Assembly: GCA_028534125.1 (NCBI GenBank)
Contig: CM052817.1
Span: forward strand, 932,001 to 996,000
DNA from: Lama glama
Lineage: Eukaryota
Direction: 5' to 3'
Length of the DNA stretch: 64,000 nt
Made by a program: the position numbers and the translations under genes. Shown here piece by piece: positions 48,588 through 62,747 of the stretch (position 1 is the stretch's first letter; each line of letters begins with the position of its first letter). The notes under the pieces are model-generated. The model worked only from the letters and a program-made list of their open reading frames with translations, was not told where the DNA came from and ran no database searches.

Positions 48588-48706
48588 GTCACTTAAATGG
48601 GAAAAAAAGAAACCACACAAAAAGGACACAGGACCCTACAGAAAACGTCGAAGTGGAGGACGCACCCAGGAAAAGACTCAGGACTGACAGGCACAGTCTT
48701 CGGAAG
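48588..48706 (+). CDS. NSD2: NSD2 coding exon 6 ([13 protein letters not shown]...[14 protein letters not shown])
   Basis: tttcaag| acceptor, aag|gtaatc donor; 119 nt, phase 1 to 0. Confidence 0.95.
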
Positions 48707-50586
48707 GTAATCACGTCCCGGACTGGCATGGCTGGAGGCCCCGGGTCCCTCCCGGGGGTGCTCAGCCGGCACTGGCCAGCCTCCCTCAGGGCCCCTTGGA
48801 GAAGGCCGCGGGGGAGAGCACGTTCTCCTCTGCTGGGGACTTAGTGCCTCCAGACACCCTGAATAATGCTTGAAGTTTAGATTCAACGAACGGTGCATGT
48901 GAAGTGAGTCCCGCCTGGGGGCGTGTCATTCAGGGTGCAAATGACGAGCTGACAGGAGCACACCAGAACCCACTGAGTAGGTGACTTTTCAGTAAGAAGC
49001 TGAGGAAAAGCCACTAAAGGCACTGAGCACAGATTTTATGAACTCATTCAGTTTATTAGTAATTCACGTTACTGTTCACTTCTGGGAATACTGATCAAGC
49101 TGCGTGGCCTGTTTGGTGCGTTGAACAAAGTGTAGGTATAAAGGCCCAGTTCTCTATAAAGGCAGCCCAGGGCCCTGCAGTTCTGGCAGTGCCAGCGGGG
49201 TCCAGGGGCAGAGGCTGCCCGGTACCTGGAGGAGAGAGAGAGGTTCCCACGTTGGAGGAGCTGGTGTGGGGCTGGTGCCCGTGGAGGGCGCAGGGCCTGC
49301 CCTGTGCCTGTGTGACGCGGCTCCGTCTGTTTAAACCGTCTCAGACACCCACCTAAATAACTCCGTCTGAACTGACTCTGTACCCAGCCTTTGAGTTTAT
49401 GTTTATTTGATAATAGTTCAGACAAAGGAGTTGTACGCTGATTTATGGTTTTGAGTACGACTTCCATCTGTCTTTTACTGATCTAAATTAAGAAGTTCTT
49501 TCATTGTTTGATTTTGAAGGATGGAAAATAAATCTCACGTATTGCTCAAGACCTGGCCACCACATGGTTGGTCTGATTTCTTTGAAGCCATGCCTGCAGT
49601 TCAGGAGAGCAGGCAGGCCCGCCCCCTTTCCCCGAGGACCTGCAGGTGGGGCTGTCAGTGACCAGGTGTCAGACAGCAGCCTGTTAGCTGAGGTTCACCT
49701 TGAGTCACTCTCGTGCTCATTCCCTGGGAACACATGCTCGCTTACTCCTCTGGCGCCTGCTGTTGGACTGGCCTCATCGACGGTCACACTGGCTGGTCGC
49801 TTTGGAGTCTCTATGTAGAGGGTTTACCAAAAAAGCGTAGTTTTGAAGCACCAAAATTCACATAAAGTAGCTAAATAGAAATACTTTATGAACAGCTCAG
49901 AAAATAGCACGTGATTTTTAAAAGAATCAAGGTGTCTTGTTGCTTCTTACAAAGCTGGGTGAGCCCTGTTGCGTGCAATTCCCCACCTGCGCTGAGTACG
50001 TGGCTGGGCCGGGAGCATCCCAAGTGCGGTGCCCACCCCACTGGGGTCCGGCAGGTGGGGGTGGGGTGCAGACATAGGAACTCGGCCTCCGGGCTGCAGG
50101 TTGACTGAGGTGGCAGTGCTGCCCCGGGAGCTTTATTTCAACCACATTACTCGCCTTCTGAGCACTAGATAAATGCTCGTGATCCCTCTTTTTTTTTTCC
50201 TGCTATTTTTCTGTTTTGAAATGTGCTTTTCGATGACTTTGTGAGGTTTACCTGGAGTCTGTCTCAGAGTTGGGAATCGTCTGTGGTGGCTCCCCGTGTA
50301 GTTGACTGGGCACCCAGGGGAGAAGGGGGCTGCCTCTGGCCCACGTCCACGCGTGCTCAGCGTCTGCGTGGCCGCGCCTGCCCCCCCCACCCCCCGCCGA
50401 CATCCGCGGGAAGTGGGGTCAGCTCCGCTCAGGCAGAGAGTCCGCGCCGGCGGCGCTGACGGCTCGCTTGCAGAACACACGCTCTTCAGCCGCCTGTGTC
50501 AGTTCACGTTCGGAGATTTCTTTCCCTTTCCTCCCTTTCTCTTTTTCTCTGTTCCTCCCTCCTCTCCATCCCTTTTTTAATAACAG

Positions 50587-50668
50587 AGAGAGACTGTCGC
50601 TGACAAGACCGCCCGAGCAAGCTCTTGCAAGGCTACGGAGGCCGCCTCCTCTCTGAAGAGCCAGGCAG
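50587..50668 (+). CDS. NSD2: NSD2 coding exon 7 (RETVADKTARASSCKATEAASSLKSQA)
   Basis: Long pyrimidine tract plus aacag| acceptor, cag|gtaatg donor; 82 nt, phase 0 to 1; translated by hand. Confidence 0.94.
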
Positions 50669-51703
50669 GTAATGTGGACAGCTCTCCTGCCCGGGCCCTG
50701 CGCTGGGGAGACGCCCTCGGGCGGGGGCGGGGGCGGGAGGGGCTCCGGCGCTTGGAAACAGACCGCGTTAACTAACGCAGAAGTCGCGCCGTGCCTCGCC
50801 GGCTTTGCTGACGCCGCCCTTCTGCGGACTTCTCAGCTTTATTGTTTTCAGTTTAAGTTTGTATTGGAGAAGTGATTTAAACCAGAAATGTCCAGGTTTC
50901 TGATTGACGGTACCAGTTGTTGCTGTAAACCCACCCCCCCCTTAGTACCCAGTCCTCCGTGTGTATCGGCTGAAAGTCAAAGTAGTGACTGTTTATTGTT
51001 ATTTCACGTGGTGAAGAGCTAGCTTTTTAAAGTGCTTGTGGGAAAGAACTGTCAAAACAATGAAAGGGGGACTCAGGCGGCCTTTTCATTCATGGTCTTT
51101 TTGACATATTTATCTGGTTGTGCATTAAAGCAAGCTTACGATCTCCACATCTTAATTAGAAAGGAAAATAAAATCCGGAGGAGAAAATAAGTGAAGGATG
51201 GAAATGGCTCTGTTTTCCTCATTTTGCATGAAGTGCTGTCCTGGTTTTTAAAAATCAGTTGAACCGACTATTAAAACAAAGACATTTGTGAGAGTTTGAG
51301 CACTGAGTGGACATTTAACGATACAAAGTGTCGTTACTTCAAGGTGATAGAGGCACGTGGTTGTATTTGAAACCTTACGTTTTAGAAGTTCAGACGTTCC
51401 AAACTCCTCGTGGGTGGGATGCTGTTGTCTGGGGTTTGCTGCAGAGGAACCTGTAAGGGCTGTGGAGCCCGGTGTGGGGGAGCTGGTGTTGGCCCAGCTT
51501 GAGGTCTGGGTCAGGCGGGGGCCGCTGGAGTTCACCGTCCAGTTCCTCACCTTGATTTTTCCACAACAAAAAGTTAACCCTTTGGCATGACAGCCCAGAA
51601 AATTCATCTTTAGAAGTTCATTTTTCAGATGGGTACTTTTAGAGCAGGAGAGAGATTGAGCCACGATTTCAAACTTTACTTTACAAACCAAATTATTTCA
51701 CAG

Positions 51704-51828
51704 CCACGAAGCATCTGTCTGACGCGTGCAAGCCCCTGAAGAAGCGGAACCGGGCCCCCCCAGCAGCACCCGTGTCTCTCGTGTTTAGCAAGAGTTCGTC
51801 TCCTTCTGCCTCCTTCACTGAGAATGAG
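51704..51828 (+). CDS. NSD2: NSD2 coding exon 8 ([17 protein letters not shown]...[10 protein letters not shown])
   Basis: ttcacag| acceptor, gag|gtaaaa donor; 125 nt, phase 1 to 0; translated by hand. Confidence 0.95.
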
Positions 51829-54124
51829 GTAAAATAATAATAATAGTGACCAGGGCACTCACGTGAGGGCCACTTAGTTACCCGGGGTGAAGCACCACAT
51901 GGTGTTCTCCACAGGCCTAGGGAGGGTGAGGTGCTCCAAGCTGGGCGACGTCACCAGCTGGGAGCGAGTCACTCCCGTAGCCTTTTCCAGTCACAGATGC
52001 ACACAGCGTCTTTGCAAACGTGCGTGGCTGTACTTCAGTAGCAGTGCATTTGATCGTGCTTGAAACTGACTTTAAAACGTTGGTTCTGTGATCTCTCACA
52101 TGGTACCCCCAACTCTGCGAGCCGGGCTGCCGTAGGCCATCTGCACCCCAGTGGGACAGAGAGGCCCACGCGCCGTGAACGTGCTCGAGACCTCCTGGGC
52201 CAGGTGCACGGACGGCCGTCCCTGTGCGTCCCAGGGCTGCGGGACCCGGCTTTGGTCCTGTAACTTCTGCCATGTTCTTAGGTCCTTAGAGGCAGAGCTC
52301 CCTGGGTGATGTGACTCCTGTTTTCTGGACTTCCGCGTGCTCTTTGCCATTCCTAAAAACACAGCATACGGCAGCCTCGGGATGCGGGTCTGACACCTTG
52401 TCCAGAGGGAGTTTAGGATTCTGGCTTTAGAGACTACCCGAGGAGCTTACTTTCAAGCTCCAATTTCTTGCTGTGCTGTTCGCTGTGCCCCTTCTTCTCA
52501 CCGCAGACACGAGCCCTTGTTTAGAGCTTTTCTGTGAGAGAGGCTGAGCTTGGGCTTTTTAGGAGTGAGACAGAGTGGGCGTGCCCTCACCCTGTGGGGT
52601 CAGAAGGGGGCACTTCTGACATGGTGTCCACCGTGGTCCCCGGGGGGCCCTGCGCTGCCCTGCTTTCTCCCCGTCTCCGGTGCCCCCGCCTGTTGGAGGG
52701 GGGCTTCCAGAGGGTGGGGTGTCTGAGCGCTGAGGCCAGGGTCCCGGGCAGCCGACGAGGCACGCAACACAGAGAGCTGCTCCAGGGGCTGGGCCGCCCG
52801 GCAGTGGTGTGTGCGGGGCTGCGGCTCCCCGAGAGCTGTAGTGCGTGCAGGCAACCAGACATGTCTCACGTGTGCCCACACGTGAGAAGACGCAGAGATA
52901 ATTCTTCACACTTCTGGGAGCTTACTGACACATGGAGAGGCCGGTTCTAATTCTGTGCAACGTAGTTCTCCTTTTCCTTCTTTTTTTTTCTTGTCTGAGT
53001 GCAGATTAGTGTCCTAGCAAGTTAACTGAAAGGTGGTGAATACTGGAAACAAAGTTGCAGTTCCTTCACTTAAGTTGACTTTTTTGTTTAGATTTTTTGA
53101 TGGGTTCTTCTTGCATCCTATTTTGGCCCACTTCCCGGCAGAGCTTCACTTGTCCTGTTGTCAGACACAACGAGGAGAAAAGCGCTGAGGGCTGAGGTCG
53201 GGCCTACTGTCCCCAGCCGGCTGCCTGGGCTGGAGGCTGGGTCAGAGCAGCGCCCTGGCGGGGGTGGCGGGAAGGCGGCGGCCTGCTCTGTCAGGTGTGC
53301 CTGGCGGTGTGACGTTGATTGTAACCAGGGTGCGGGGTACGTCTTGTGTTTCTGGCGCAGACGTTTGTTCTGAGCTTGGGAAGACTTAGGTGAAGCATTC
53401 CTCAGTCATTAGACTTGATGGATGTTTAATTCTTTAGAACCTCAGCAGTGGATAGTTTATTAAGTACATTACAGTCACGCGCTCTTCTGCATTGTGGCGG
53501 TGACACTTAGATCCCGCAGTGTGCACTAGGCTTTTCCATCAGGCCGCTTCTGTGTGGTGCATACGCCGCTCACGTTAGGTTCCTTTACGCAGGGTGGTAC
53601 TGCCCGCTGAAAGCACCGTGGCTGAGCAGGACAAGTGTGTCTGTGTTAACACAGCGCAGCGCCCCCCACGCTAGGTCCTTTCCACCGAGAGGCAGCGCAG
53701 TGTTAGGGAGAAACGCCCTAGACGCCTTGGGCCCTGTCTGGTGGGCACGGGGCGACTGTGGGGCTGATGTGTGGGGGGGCCCACCCTGGCCCCTCATTTG
53801 GGTCATGTTTTCTCTCTTCATCACCACTGACTAAAATAAGGAATTTATAAAAAAAAAAAAAAGGAATTTTCATAGGGTTGGTTTTTCAAGACGTTTCAGT
53901 CATGTCTAAAGTCCCCTTAAACAAGGTGTGTGAGATAAATAAAACTTACAACAAAACAGTTATTACGTAGAAGGAGCTGCATCACGCTGAGGAGGACAGG
54001 TCACAGCCCCACACCTGCATGACAGGCCTGGGAAGGAGTTAATGTGGTTTAAGTGTTCTGTAACTTCATTTCTTATTCCCTTAGTAGAGCAAATTCTTAT
54101 TTTTTTCACCTTCACTGGTAACAG

Positions 54125-54187
54125 CTTTTATGGGAGCCCACATCAGCCAAGCTGGACTTGAACTCAGCTGCTCTGTGCTGCACTTAA
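54125..54187 (+). CDS. NSD2: NSD2 alternative terminal exon, coding part (MMSET-I-type short isoform: LLWEPTSAKLDLNSAALCCT*)
   Basis: Pyrimidine tract plus aacag| at 54124; phase 0 fits coding exon 8. The 20 codons plus TAA resemble the recalled human MMSET I C-terminus LLWEPTPVKLDLNPAALYCT. Confidence 0.9.
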   Translation, partial: LLWEPTSAKLDLNSAALCCT

Positions 54188-57100
54188 GTGGTGCAATATT
54201 CCAGGATGTCTGCTGCCGGCGGCGCCCGTGGGCACACTCAGTGGCATTCCTAGCACTTTCTCTCATGGAAGATGTGTGTGATCTGTTTTTTCTGGTCTTG
54301 ACACACACACAATGAAGAAAACAGATAACAAATTGTAAGACCAAGGTAAGACTCCTGATCAAGGCCATTGAACCGACCACATTCATCTCATAGCAGAGAC
54401 ACATTCACATTCCGGTCAGCAAGGCAGATGTCACCTCGAAGGAAGGCTCTTCCACCAGGGCGTCCCGGGCCCGTGATCAGGACTCCGAACAGAAGGGTTT
54501 ATCCTGTCAGAAGTCATTTTCCTCCTCTAGTTCTTAGTTCACTGGATTTTTATTGAAACAGTGTCAGCATCTATACCTTCAAAAACAAAGAGCGAACCGC
54601 ACACGTTGAAAGGAGTCCCCTCACCTGCTCGTTGCTGATGGGACGTATTCAGTCCTGTAGGTAGAAACGAATTTCCAACATGAGAGGCAGGAAGACTTTT
54701 GATTCTTTTTTTACCTAACAGTTTTACTATGACACTAGCTGCGGTAAATTTGTAGGAAAAAATGTCGCTTCCAGTCTCATTGTGAACATTGAGCTGCAGT
54801 CCTCTGATTCAGCAGCCGGTCTCTGGGGGACACAGTGACCAGGTTGTTCACTGGCCACTCGACGAGCTGCGTCTGTAGCGCCAGCCCTCGTAGTGGTGTC
54901 GGCCCTGGGTGGCCACCCGGGGCGCTTGCAGGCAGGAAGGGCCTCTGTCCCTCTGCTCACGGGGCGGGGGCTTTCCCAGCTGACCCCTCAGACGTGTGTT
55001 ACTTTTGATGAGAGTTTCTCATGAACACTGTGTCCTAAGCCGGAAGGCAGTGTGGCGCACGTGAAGTGCCGGGTGCCTGGCGCCTTGCAAGGATTTAGTG
55101 GTTCATTACTGTGACAATATTGGTTATAACAATCAAGTAATAAAGTCATCATCATTCCACTTTATCCGTGAGTGTACATCGTGCTCTGACATGAGAAGTG
55201 GTCCCCGGGCGGCACTGTGCACGCGGGGCGAGGTAACCCTAGTGGCAGGCGCTTCGGGGCTCTGGACTGTGGCTGAGGGCTGGTGGGTGGCTCTGCTCCA
55301 GTGCAGGGGAACAGGGAGAGCTTGGCAGAGAAGTAGGAGTCTCAAGACACTAGTCACTAAATGTTAAAATGTGAAAAAAAAAAAGTTCTGTAAAACTGAC
55401 CCTAGTTCAGGAAACCAGCACCCAAAGTAAAGACTCTAGCCTGAAAGGCCTTTGATGAGAATTACAGAACTGCATCCGCAGTCATAGCGTATGGATCTTG
55501 AGCAGATGCACTAGAAGTCAGCCAGGAAGCAGGCGCTTTCCTCTCCACCAAGGGTGAGGCCGCGGCTGGAGGAGCAGCAGGGTTCGTGCGGGAGCGGCAG
55601 GGAGGGGCCTGTGCAGGGTCTCCCGGCTGGCGTGGGCAGCTGTCTTGGCATCCAGCAGGGGCGGGTTGTCCCGTGCCCGGTGCGCCAGTAGAGGTCTTGC
55701 TGAGGAACAGCGTGTGGGAGCAGAGTTCCTGAGGCCCCGGGGCTTCCTGGAGGAGGTGAGTGGACGGGCCCCTGTTGGATGAGCTCGGTCGTCCGTCCGC
55801 CTGAGCTCACTGGGCTGCACCCCACCCCACCGCCACGCACATGCCCGCCATCCAGCGTCTGGGCACTGCTGCTCGTTCTCATCCTGCGGCCTCTGGGCGG
55901 CCTTTGGTTGAGGCACATTTTGCTTCCGGCATACACGGATTGACCCCTCCTTCCCACCATGCCTGTGCCCGGCAGGGAGGCGGCTGTGAGAGGGGACTCG
56001 AGACCCAAACATGAGGCCAGAGGTGAGAGCTCGCCTGAATTTGCAGCTGTTGTGCAGATGAGAGGGCACGTGCGGGCCGTGGAGCTGCTGCCGCCTGGAG
56101 ACCCTTGTCCTCTTGTGAGCCGCTCCCCAGTGTCCAGTGCGGATGACTTCAGGTCAGGTTGCATCTCAGGACTCTGTGCGATCTGTTCGATCTGTGTCTC
56201 CCCACTGAAAGTAACCCCAGTGCATTAAAGAGGATGCTCCTAAAAACCAACAAGAAACCCAAACAAAGTTTTACTACAAGAAAGCAAAATTTCAGAAGCA
56301 TAAGGCAAAGGTGGCTTTCCCAGTGCACGAGGGGCCGCCTGCCTGCCCGCCCTTCAGGGAGGGGTGCACTGCTTCGGGGACGTCTCTGAGGGCCCCTCTC
56401 CAGCTTTAGATGTGCCCGACTCCGTGGTTTTCGTGGGACATTCACACTGAGGCACAGGAATGTTCCAGATGGAGCACTCAGGGACAGAAGTGCGGGGCAG
56501 GGAGAGAGCCTTTCCAGAGGTTTCCGTAGTCGTGACATCAGTGCTGAGAGTACGCCCGAGGAAAGGATGGAGAGGTGCGGGGTTTGTCACTCCTGGTCTC
56601 CTGGCCCCGGCCTGTTCTCCAACTTTGGACCAGAGAGGTGTGAGCCTGGCCAGACTGGAGGGCACAGCAGGGCCAGTGCCTGCCTGATGGGGCAACTCCC
56701 ACATCTACTGAGAGTCTTAGAAACGTTCTAAGGAAGAAGAGTCAGGCTGTGAGTTAGCGTCTACTTCTAAAAACAAAAACGTGCTCGCATGTGGGTGTGA
56801 AGTTAGGGGTCTCGCCCTGAGGCCTGCTGCGAGTGGCAGGCGAGGGCTTTGGGTTTGCTCGTTCTGGGTGCAGCGTAGTCGTCTTTACGTAAAGGATCAG
56901 TCCAGGAGCGAGAGCAGCACTTGGTGGGTGATCCTCGGATGACTTGGGTGAGGCCGCAGACAGGTGGGCGAGGAGTGGCTCCTATCCGAAAGGGATGACA
57001 GAAAATACTGCCACTGTCACTTTGGCAAGTTTACTTGACTTCTTTTCCATTTGATTTCCAACTTAACATGCTTCTGAAGCGAATCTAGCACTTTTAGTAA

Positions 57101-59401
57101 ATTATTCACTTTTAAGGTAGTTCTGGTCGGGTGGACGTCTACGTGGGCTGGATGAAAGCTGCCCTTACATCGTGTGAAACTGTGGACTTTGTGCTTTCAC
57201 GTCAGTGGTGAGGTGAGCCAGCACCTCAGCCCTTCAAAGTCTACAGACAGAAGGAGTCGTCGCTGAGGACCCGTTTCTCTCTCAGATCGTGGGTCTGAAC
57301 TAGGGTCTTTGCTGGAAGAATCGAAACATCACTTTCCTTATTCAAAAGATTTCCCAGCATGTTCCCAGATCTGTTACTGGCTTCTTACTGACTTTTTATT
57401 TAAAAGAAATATGCTGACTCCTGTATACTTTAGGATTTTTGGTCAGTGAAATTGATTTTCACCCCTTTGTGTATTGTTTTTGTTGTTTTATGTAGAATAT
57501 TAGAAATTACTACTGACTTTCATGCCAGTGACGGAAAATTGACTGTGCTTAGCAGCTAGAACATACATACCTGGTACCCCCCTCACTGCTTGTACCACCG
57601 GGTCCGGGCACCTCCACTGGCGCGGGCGTCCTGAGGGAGACCCCTAGCGGTGCTTGGGTGTTCAGGAACCGGACCGGCCTCCTCTTGTCTGGTGCCTCTG
57701 CAGCTCTGTGGTTACTTGTCTTTTCTGGCCGGCATGTAGGTGTTGGGTTTTTGCATATAATTATCTGGCATCTGTTCTGAAGCGTGTGCTACCCACTCAG
57801 GGCGTGTTGCACCTTCCGGAAATGACTGCGGTTTGGGAGGGTGGCCCCGCCCAGCGGGTGGGTGGGCCTGGGTCGCTGAGCCTCGAGTGCTCCGGGCAGA
57901 CACGCTGTCCCTGCGGCCGCCAGCCTGGTCCCTCCCCAGCCTGTGCCCCACAGACGGCCACAGCTGGGACACAGCTGGGTTGATAGGAAATTTTAGACTC
58001 GTTTTACCTGTGACGAGGACTGGCCTTGAGTCTGGAACAGCAGAGCCACACGGCCCGACTGGCCACCACTCGGTTCTCACTGGCAGCTTCCAGGGCTGTT
58101 GGATCACACAGGAGCGGCTGAGGTTAGAGGTGGGTTTGAGGACAGGGACAGGGTGTGTTCTAGAATTTAGGGGCAGCTTGCGTCATCTGGAAGGGCTGGT
58201 TTAATAAAAGTTGCTATGAATGCAGTGTTTCAGGTGATAAATGACTAATTTCAAAGTTATTTGAATTCCACCCTAATGTTTCACTGTGATATTAACTTGG
58301 AAGACCTGTCTGAGATTAGTCTGTGGATTTTAAGCTCATGAAACCTCCTAAACACAGGCTTCTTACCACCTGTCAATCCACAGTTCTGTGTGAAGGCACT
58401 TCTGGTTCTCTGTTTCCTCCTCTGCTTTGCGTGACTTAAACATGAAAGTACTGTTGATTTATAGAAATATTTGTTGTGCAAGGTCTGTAATTGTATTTCA
58501 CAAATGATGTAGAATTCAACTTGTGAAGGGATGTTTGTTAAAAGGCCTGACATCCACTGTGTGACACCGGCTGAGGTAGGAGATTGCGTTCCGGTCACAG
58601 CAGGGAGGACCTGCTGGGGAGTCACATAGTCGCTTCTAGAAGTTGTTGCACTGTGTTCCTTACTGTCACCTGGAAAAATCCCTGTAATAATCACGGAGAC
58701 TGCATTCTCTGCCCGTACAGGAATGCGTTTCTAAGGCAAGCAGGAAACTCAGTGCTGTCCCAGACTGAGTTAGAGAGGAGAGTGTTTTCAGACTGGAGAA
58801 AACTGGAAGTGGGGACTAAGCTGCGGGGTCACCGGCCACGGGCGTGGCTCTGGTGAATCTGGGGCGACGGGAAGCGCTTGACAGTCCGTGCCCCTCGGGC
58901 TCCGCTTTCTCTTTCCAATGCACCCCGCTGGACGAGGAGTAGACCGTAGATGTCCCAGACTGGGACTGGGACGGTGCTGGGACCATGCGGGTGAGTGTGT
59001 CGCTTTCACGGCCGCATCTCGCAGTCAGTGCCGCTGGTGCCCGCGGAGGTGGAGCCTGCAGCCGGAGCGAGGCCCCGCTCTGCCCCAGGCGGGCGGCCGT
59101 GGGGGCTTCCGAGCGAGCGGCGCTGGACCCCGCCTGTGTGCTGGCTGTGCGCTGGGCACGGGGAGGGGCGCGGTGGGCTGGGAGTCGGGCCCCCCGCACC
59201 GTGTCATGGACTGTACTGTTGTTAAGTCCTGTATTCTGTATGTGTACCTCCGACCCCAACCAGGAAACGAGCCTCCTGTGTGTCTTTAACATTTATATTT
59301 CATTCAAAATATGTATTCAGTGTTTATTTCCTCAAAAAAGACTTTGTTAATTTAGGAAATATCTCCAAGTGGAAACGTGCTAACTTTTTCTGTAAATCTT
59401 A

Positions 59402-59407
59402 AATAAA
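59402..59407 (+). terminator. NSD2: Probable poly(A) signal of the short NSD2 isoform
   Basis: AATAAA with several upstream TGTA elements (59210-59395) and a downstream GT/T-rich tract (59440-59495). A second AATAAA is at 58203-58208. Confidence 0.7.
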
Positions 59408-60916
59408 AGGTGCTGTTCCTTCCTTTGACCCAGGACTGGTCTGTGTTTTCTGTCTTTCTCTCCATGCATTTTTTTCTTTCCTTTTTTTTTTTTTCCCCCA
59501 GCTTTTAACTTTGTCCCAGCCATGCTGAGGGAAGAACATGGGTTGGCGGGTCGGGCACGGGCTCCCTCCCCTGGAGCCCACTTCCAAAGCTCTTTCTTTG
59601 GGCTTCCGAGTGGCTCCTCTTCCAGTGGGGCCGGGCTGGCGGGGTCGCTCTCTCCGCATGCCCAGCTCTCCGGCACTGGCCACTGACTCGCTCAGACACG
59701 CAGTCCCACCTGTGACCCCGTATCTGACCCACAGGTCTGGGGCTTCACCTTCTTTCTGGGTGTCCGTGTGGAGGAGTGGGAGGTGAGCAGGTGGAGAGAT
59801 CTCTATCCGGGCAGGCTGCCAAGCCTGAGGACCAGACCTGTAACTCAGTCCCGTTCCCACGGTTTCCTGGGGAGGGTGAGGGAGTCAAGTCTAAACGGCC
59901 ACCTCTTAAGAGCGTTGAGGTCAGAAAGGTGGCCCACACAGCTGTCACCCGCCACAGACACCAGCACGGCCCACAGCTCCCTTAAAAGGAGTCAGCCGGC
60001 TCTGAGACCAGTCTAAGTCAGCGAAATCCCTCTGTTCACCAGGTTTTGTCCTTTCTGCTGCTTCCTGTAGTTTCAGCGAGCAGAATCTGGGGAAAGCTCA
60101 CTCAGAAGGCTACAGGATGGGGTGGATGGCCTGCGGGGGCTTGTTTTGTCTTGTCAGTTGTGGTTTTAAATATGGCCCGATTCAGCTTCTAGATTCGTGC
60201 TCATTGGCAAACGACAAGCCTGTATCACTTTCCTTGTTGCTGTGATTACTGGGGTGTACAGGAAATGCAGTTCATGCTTTTGCTCTACTTAAAAATTCAG
60301 CTTTCAACATTTATTTGCCTAACAGCAGATGAATACTAAATGTGTTTTTTGGGTTTTAAAAAAGTCTGAATTGATTGATAAGAAAATTTTCTGATCAAAG
60401 GTTTGTAGACTTCTATTTAAAGATTTATTACTGCTGGTCAGGGAGGGGAAGTGCTAAGCCCAGTGGTAAGAGAGGGGTTAGCTGTCTTACTGACCGCCGA
60501 CGAACCAGGATTCAGCCTTTCTCCCAGCCTCTCACTCGGACTGACGGGTGGGCAATTCCCTGCCTCTCCCGCTGCCCCTGCCCTGGTGGGGAGACAGGCC
60601 GAGGGAGGCGCGGAGTCGCCGCGGTGGGTGGGTCGGGATGGTGTGCGGAGCCTGGCCCCTGCTGTGAGCCTGCGCCCGAAGCGCGGAGGCCCTGCCGCGG
60701 CACGGAGGCCTGCGTCTGACACAGCGCTTGCGTCTAGTAAAAGCTCACTTGGTGTCAGCGGGCTTCCCTTGCCTTGAGAGTTGAACCTAGCAGATTGGGT
60801 AAGAAAAGTCCAGATTCTTGGTTCCAAGCCCACCTTAGGCCACTCGTCTGAGCAGACTGGTTTTCATAAGTCACTTCATTCTTAAGGATTATTGAGAGGA
60901 TGTTCTCACATCCTCT

Positions 60917-60940
60917 ACACACACACACACACACACACAC
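60917..60940 (+). repeat. (AC)12 microsatellite
   Basis: Read directly. Confidence 0.95.
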
Positions 60941-61116
60941 GGGAACTAAAGCTAAGTCAATCAAAGTCCATTTCTGAGTTTCTGTGCAGCCCACGGACAG
61001 GTGTGTGTACCTGGAACTGGCTGGTGCGGGTGGGGCGCCGAGAGGCCAAGCAGGACTGGGGCCGCGGGGCTGCTCGCTGCCACTCGTGGACTGTCGTCCG
61101 CCCCCTTCTTCCCCAG

Positions 61117-61248
61117 GTCTCCGACGGCCCGGGAGATGAGCCCTTGGAGTCCCCGTACGAAAGTGCGGACGAAACACAGACTGAAGTGTCCGTCTCGTCT
61201 AAAAAGTCTGAACGAGGAGTGACCGCCAAAAAGGAGCACGTATGTCAG
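61117..61248 (+). CDS. NSD2: NSD2 coding exon 9 (VSDGPGDEP...TAKKEHVCQ)
   Basis: ccccag| acceptor, cag|gtgagg donor; 132 nt, phase 0 to 0. Confidence 0.97.
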
Positions 61249-61553
61249 GTGAGGGGCAGCGGGCTAGCCTCGGGCACCCCCTCCCGGCCCTCCAGCCGCC
61301 AGCAGAGTTCTGGGTCCAGGACCCGCGAGGACGTGTCTCTTGGGGCTCACGTGCAGCGTGCCTTGCTTGCGTGTGTGCACGTGTGGCGGGGGCGGCCCTC
61401 CCTCCATCAGAGCTGAGATACGTGGTCAGCGAGTGTGCGTGAGCGTCCTTGTTTGTCACGTGTGACGTCGCACCTCCCGAGTGTGTCCTGCAGGGTTTCG
61501 ATCCGCCTGTTTCCTTCGCGGTTCCTGGGGCGCCCCTTTCCATTTGAAGCTGA

Positions 61554-62054
<501 letters not shown>

Positions 62055-62546
62055 TAGCATGGTCTGGGGAGGTGGACGCTGGGTGGCACGGCACGGCTGT
62101 GGTCACACTCCACCTCCTGTCCGCTGGCCAGGCCAAGGGTCTCCTGACTCGTGAAGACATGTCCCAGGTGCAGAGGACACCTGGAGACTTCCGGGGAGCC
62201 ACCCAGGCCCGGGCCACCCCACATAGCACCTCCCCCGGGCGCCTGTCCTCCGCCGTCATTGGCTGTTCTTCCCCGCAGCCGGCCGACTGCCCTGGGGAGA
62301 GTAGAGGCCTTTCTTTGCAGGAGCCCCTTCCCTCGAGCGTCTCGCTCACCCGTGGGGATGGCCTCGCCCGGGCTGCCCGGCCAGACTGCCCTGGCTTGTC
62401 CTCCCATGATGCTGGGGCTTGGGGCCTGGCTGCTGCCCCTGTCGCGAGGTTGGACAGGTGCTCGGCCACGGGGGGCTGCCCAGCCCCGCGGCCTCCGGGC
62501 TGCCGCTGAGGTCTCGTGCGTGCCCTCTCCCCCCGCCCGCCGTCAG

Positions 62547-62747
62547 GGATCCACTCGTGCTTCGTGTGCAAGGAGGGCGACGCGGACGTCAAGCGCTGCG
62601 TGGTGTCGCAGTGTGGGAAGTTCTACCACGAGGCCTGCGTGCGCAGGTACCCGCTGACGGTGTTCGAGAGCCGCGGCTTCCGCTGCCCGCTGCACAGCTG
62701 CCTGAGCTGCCACGCTTCCAACCCCTCCAACCCGAGGCCGTCCAAAG
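62547..62747 (+). CDS. NSD2: NSD2 coding exon 11 (PHD2 and start of PHD3: IHSCFVCK...CGKFYHEAC...[10 protein letters not shown])
   Basis: cgtcag| acceptor, aag|gtgcgg donor; 201 nt, phase 1 to 1. Confidence 0.97.
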
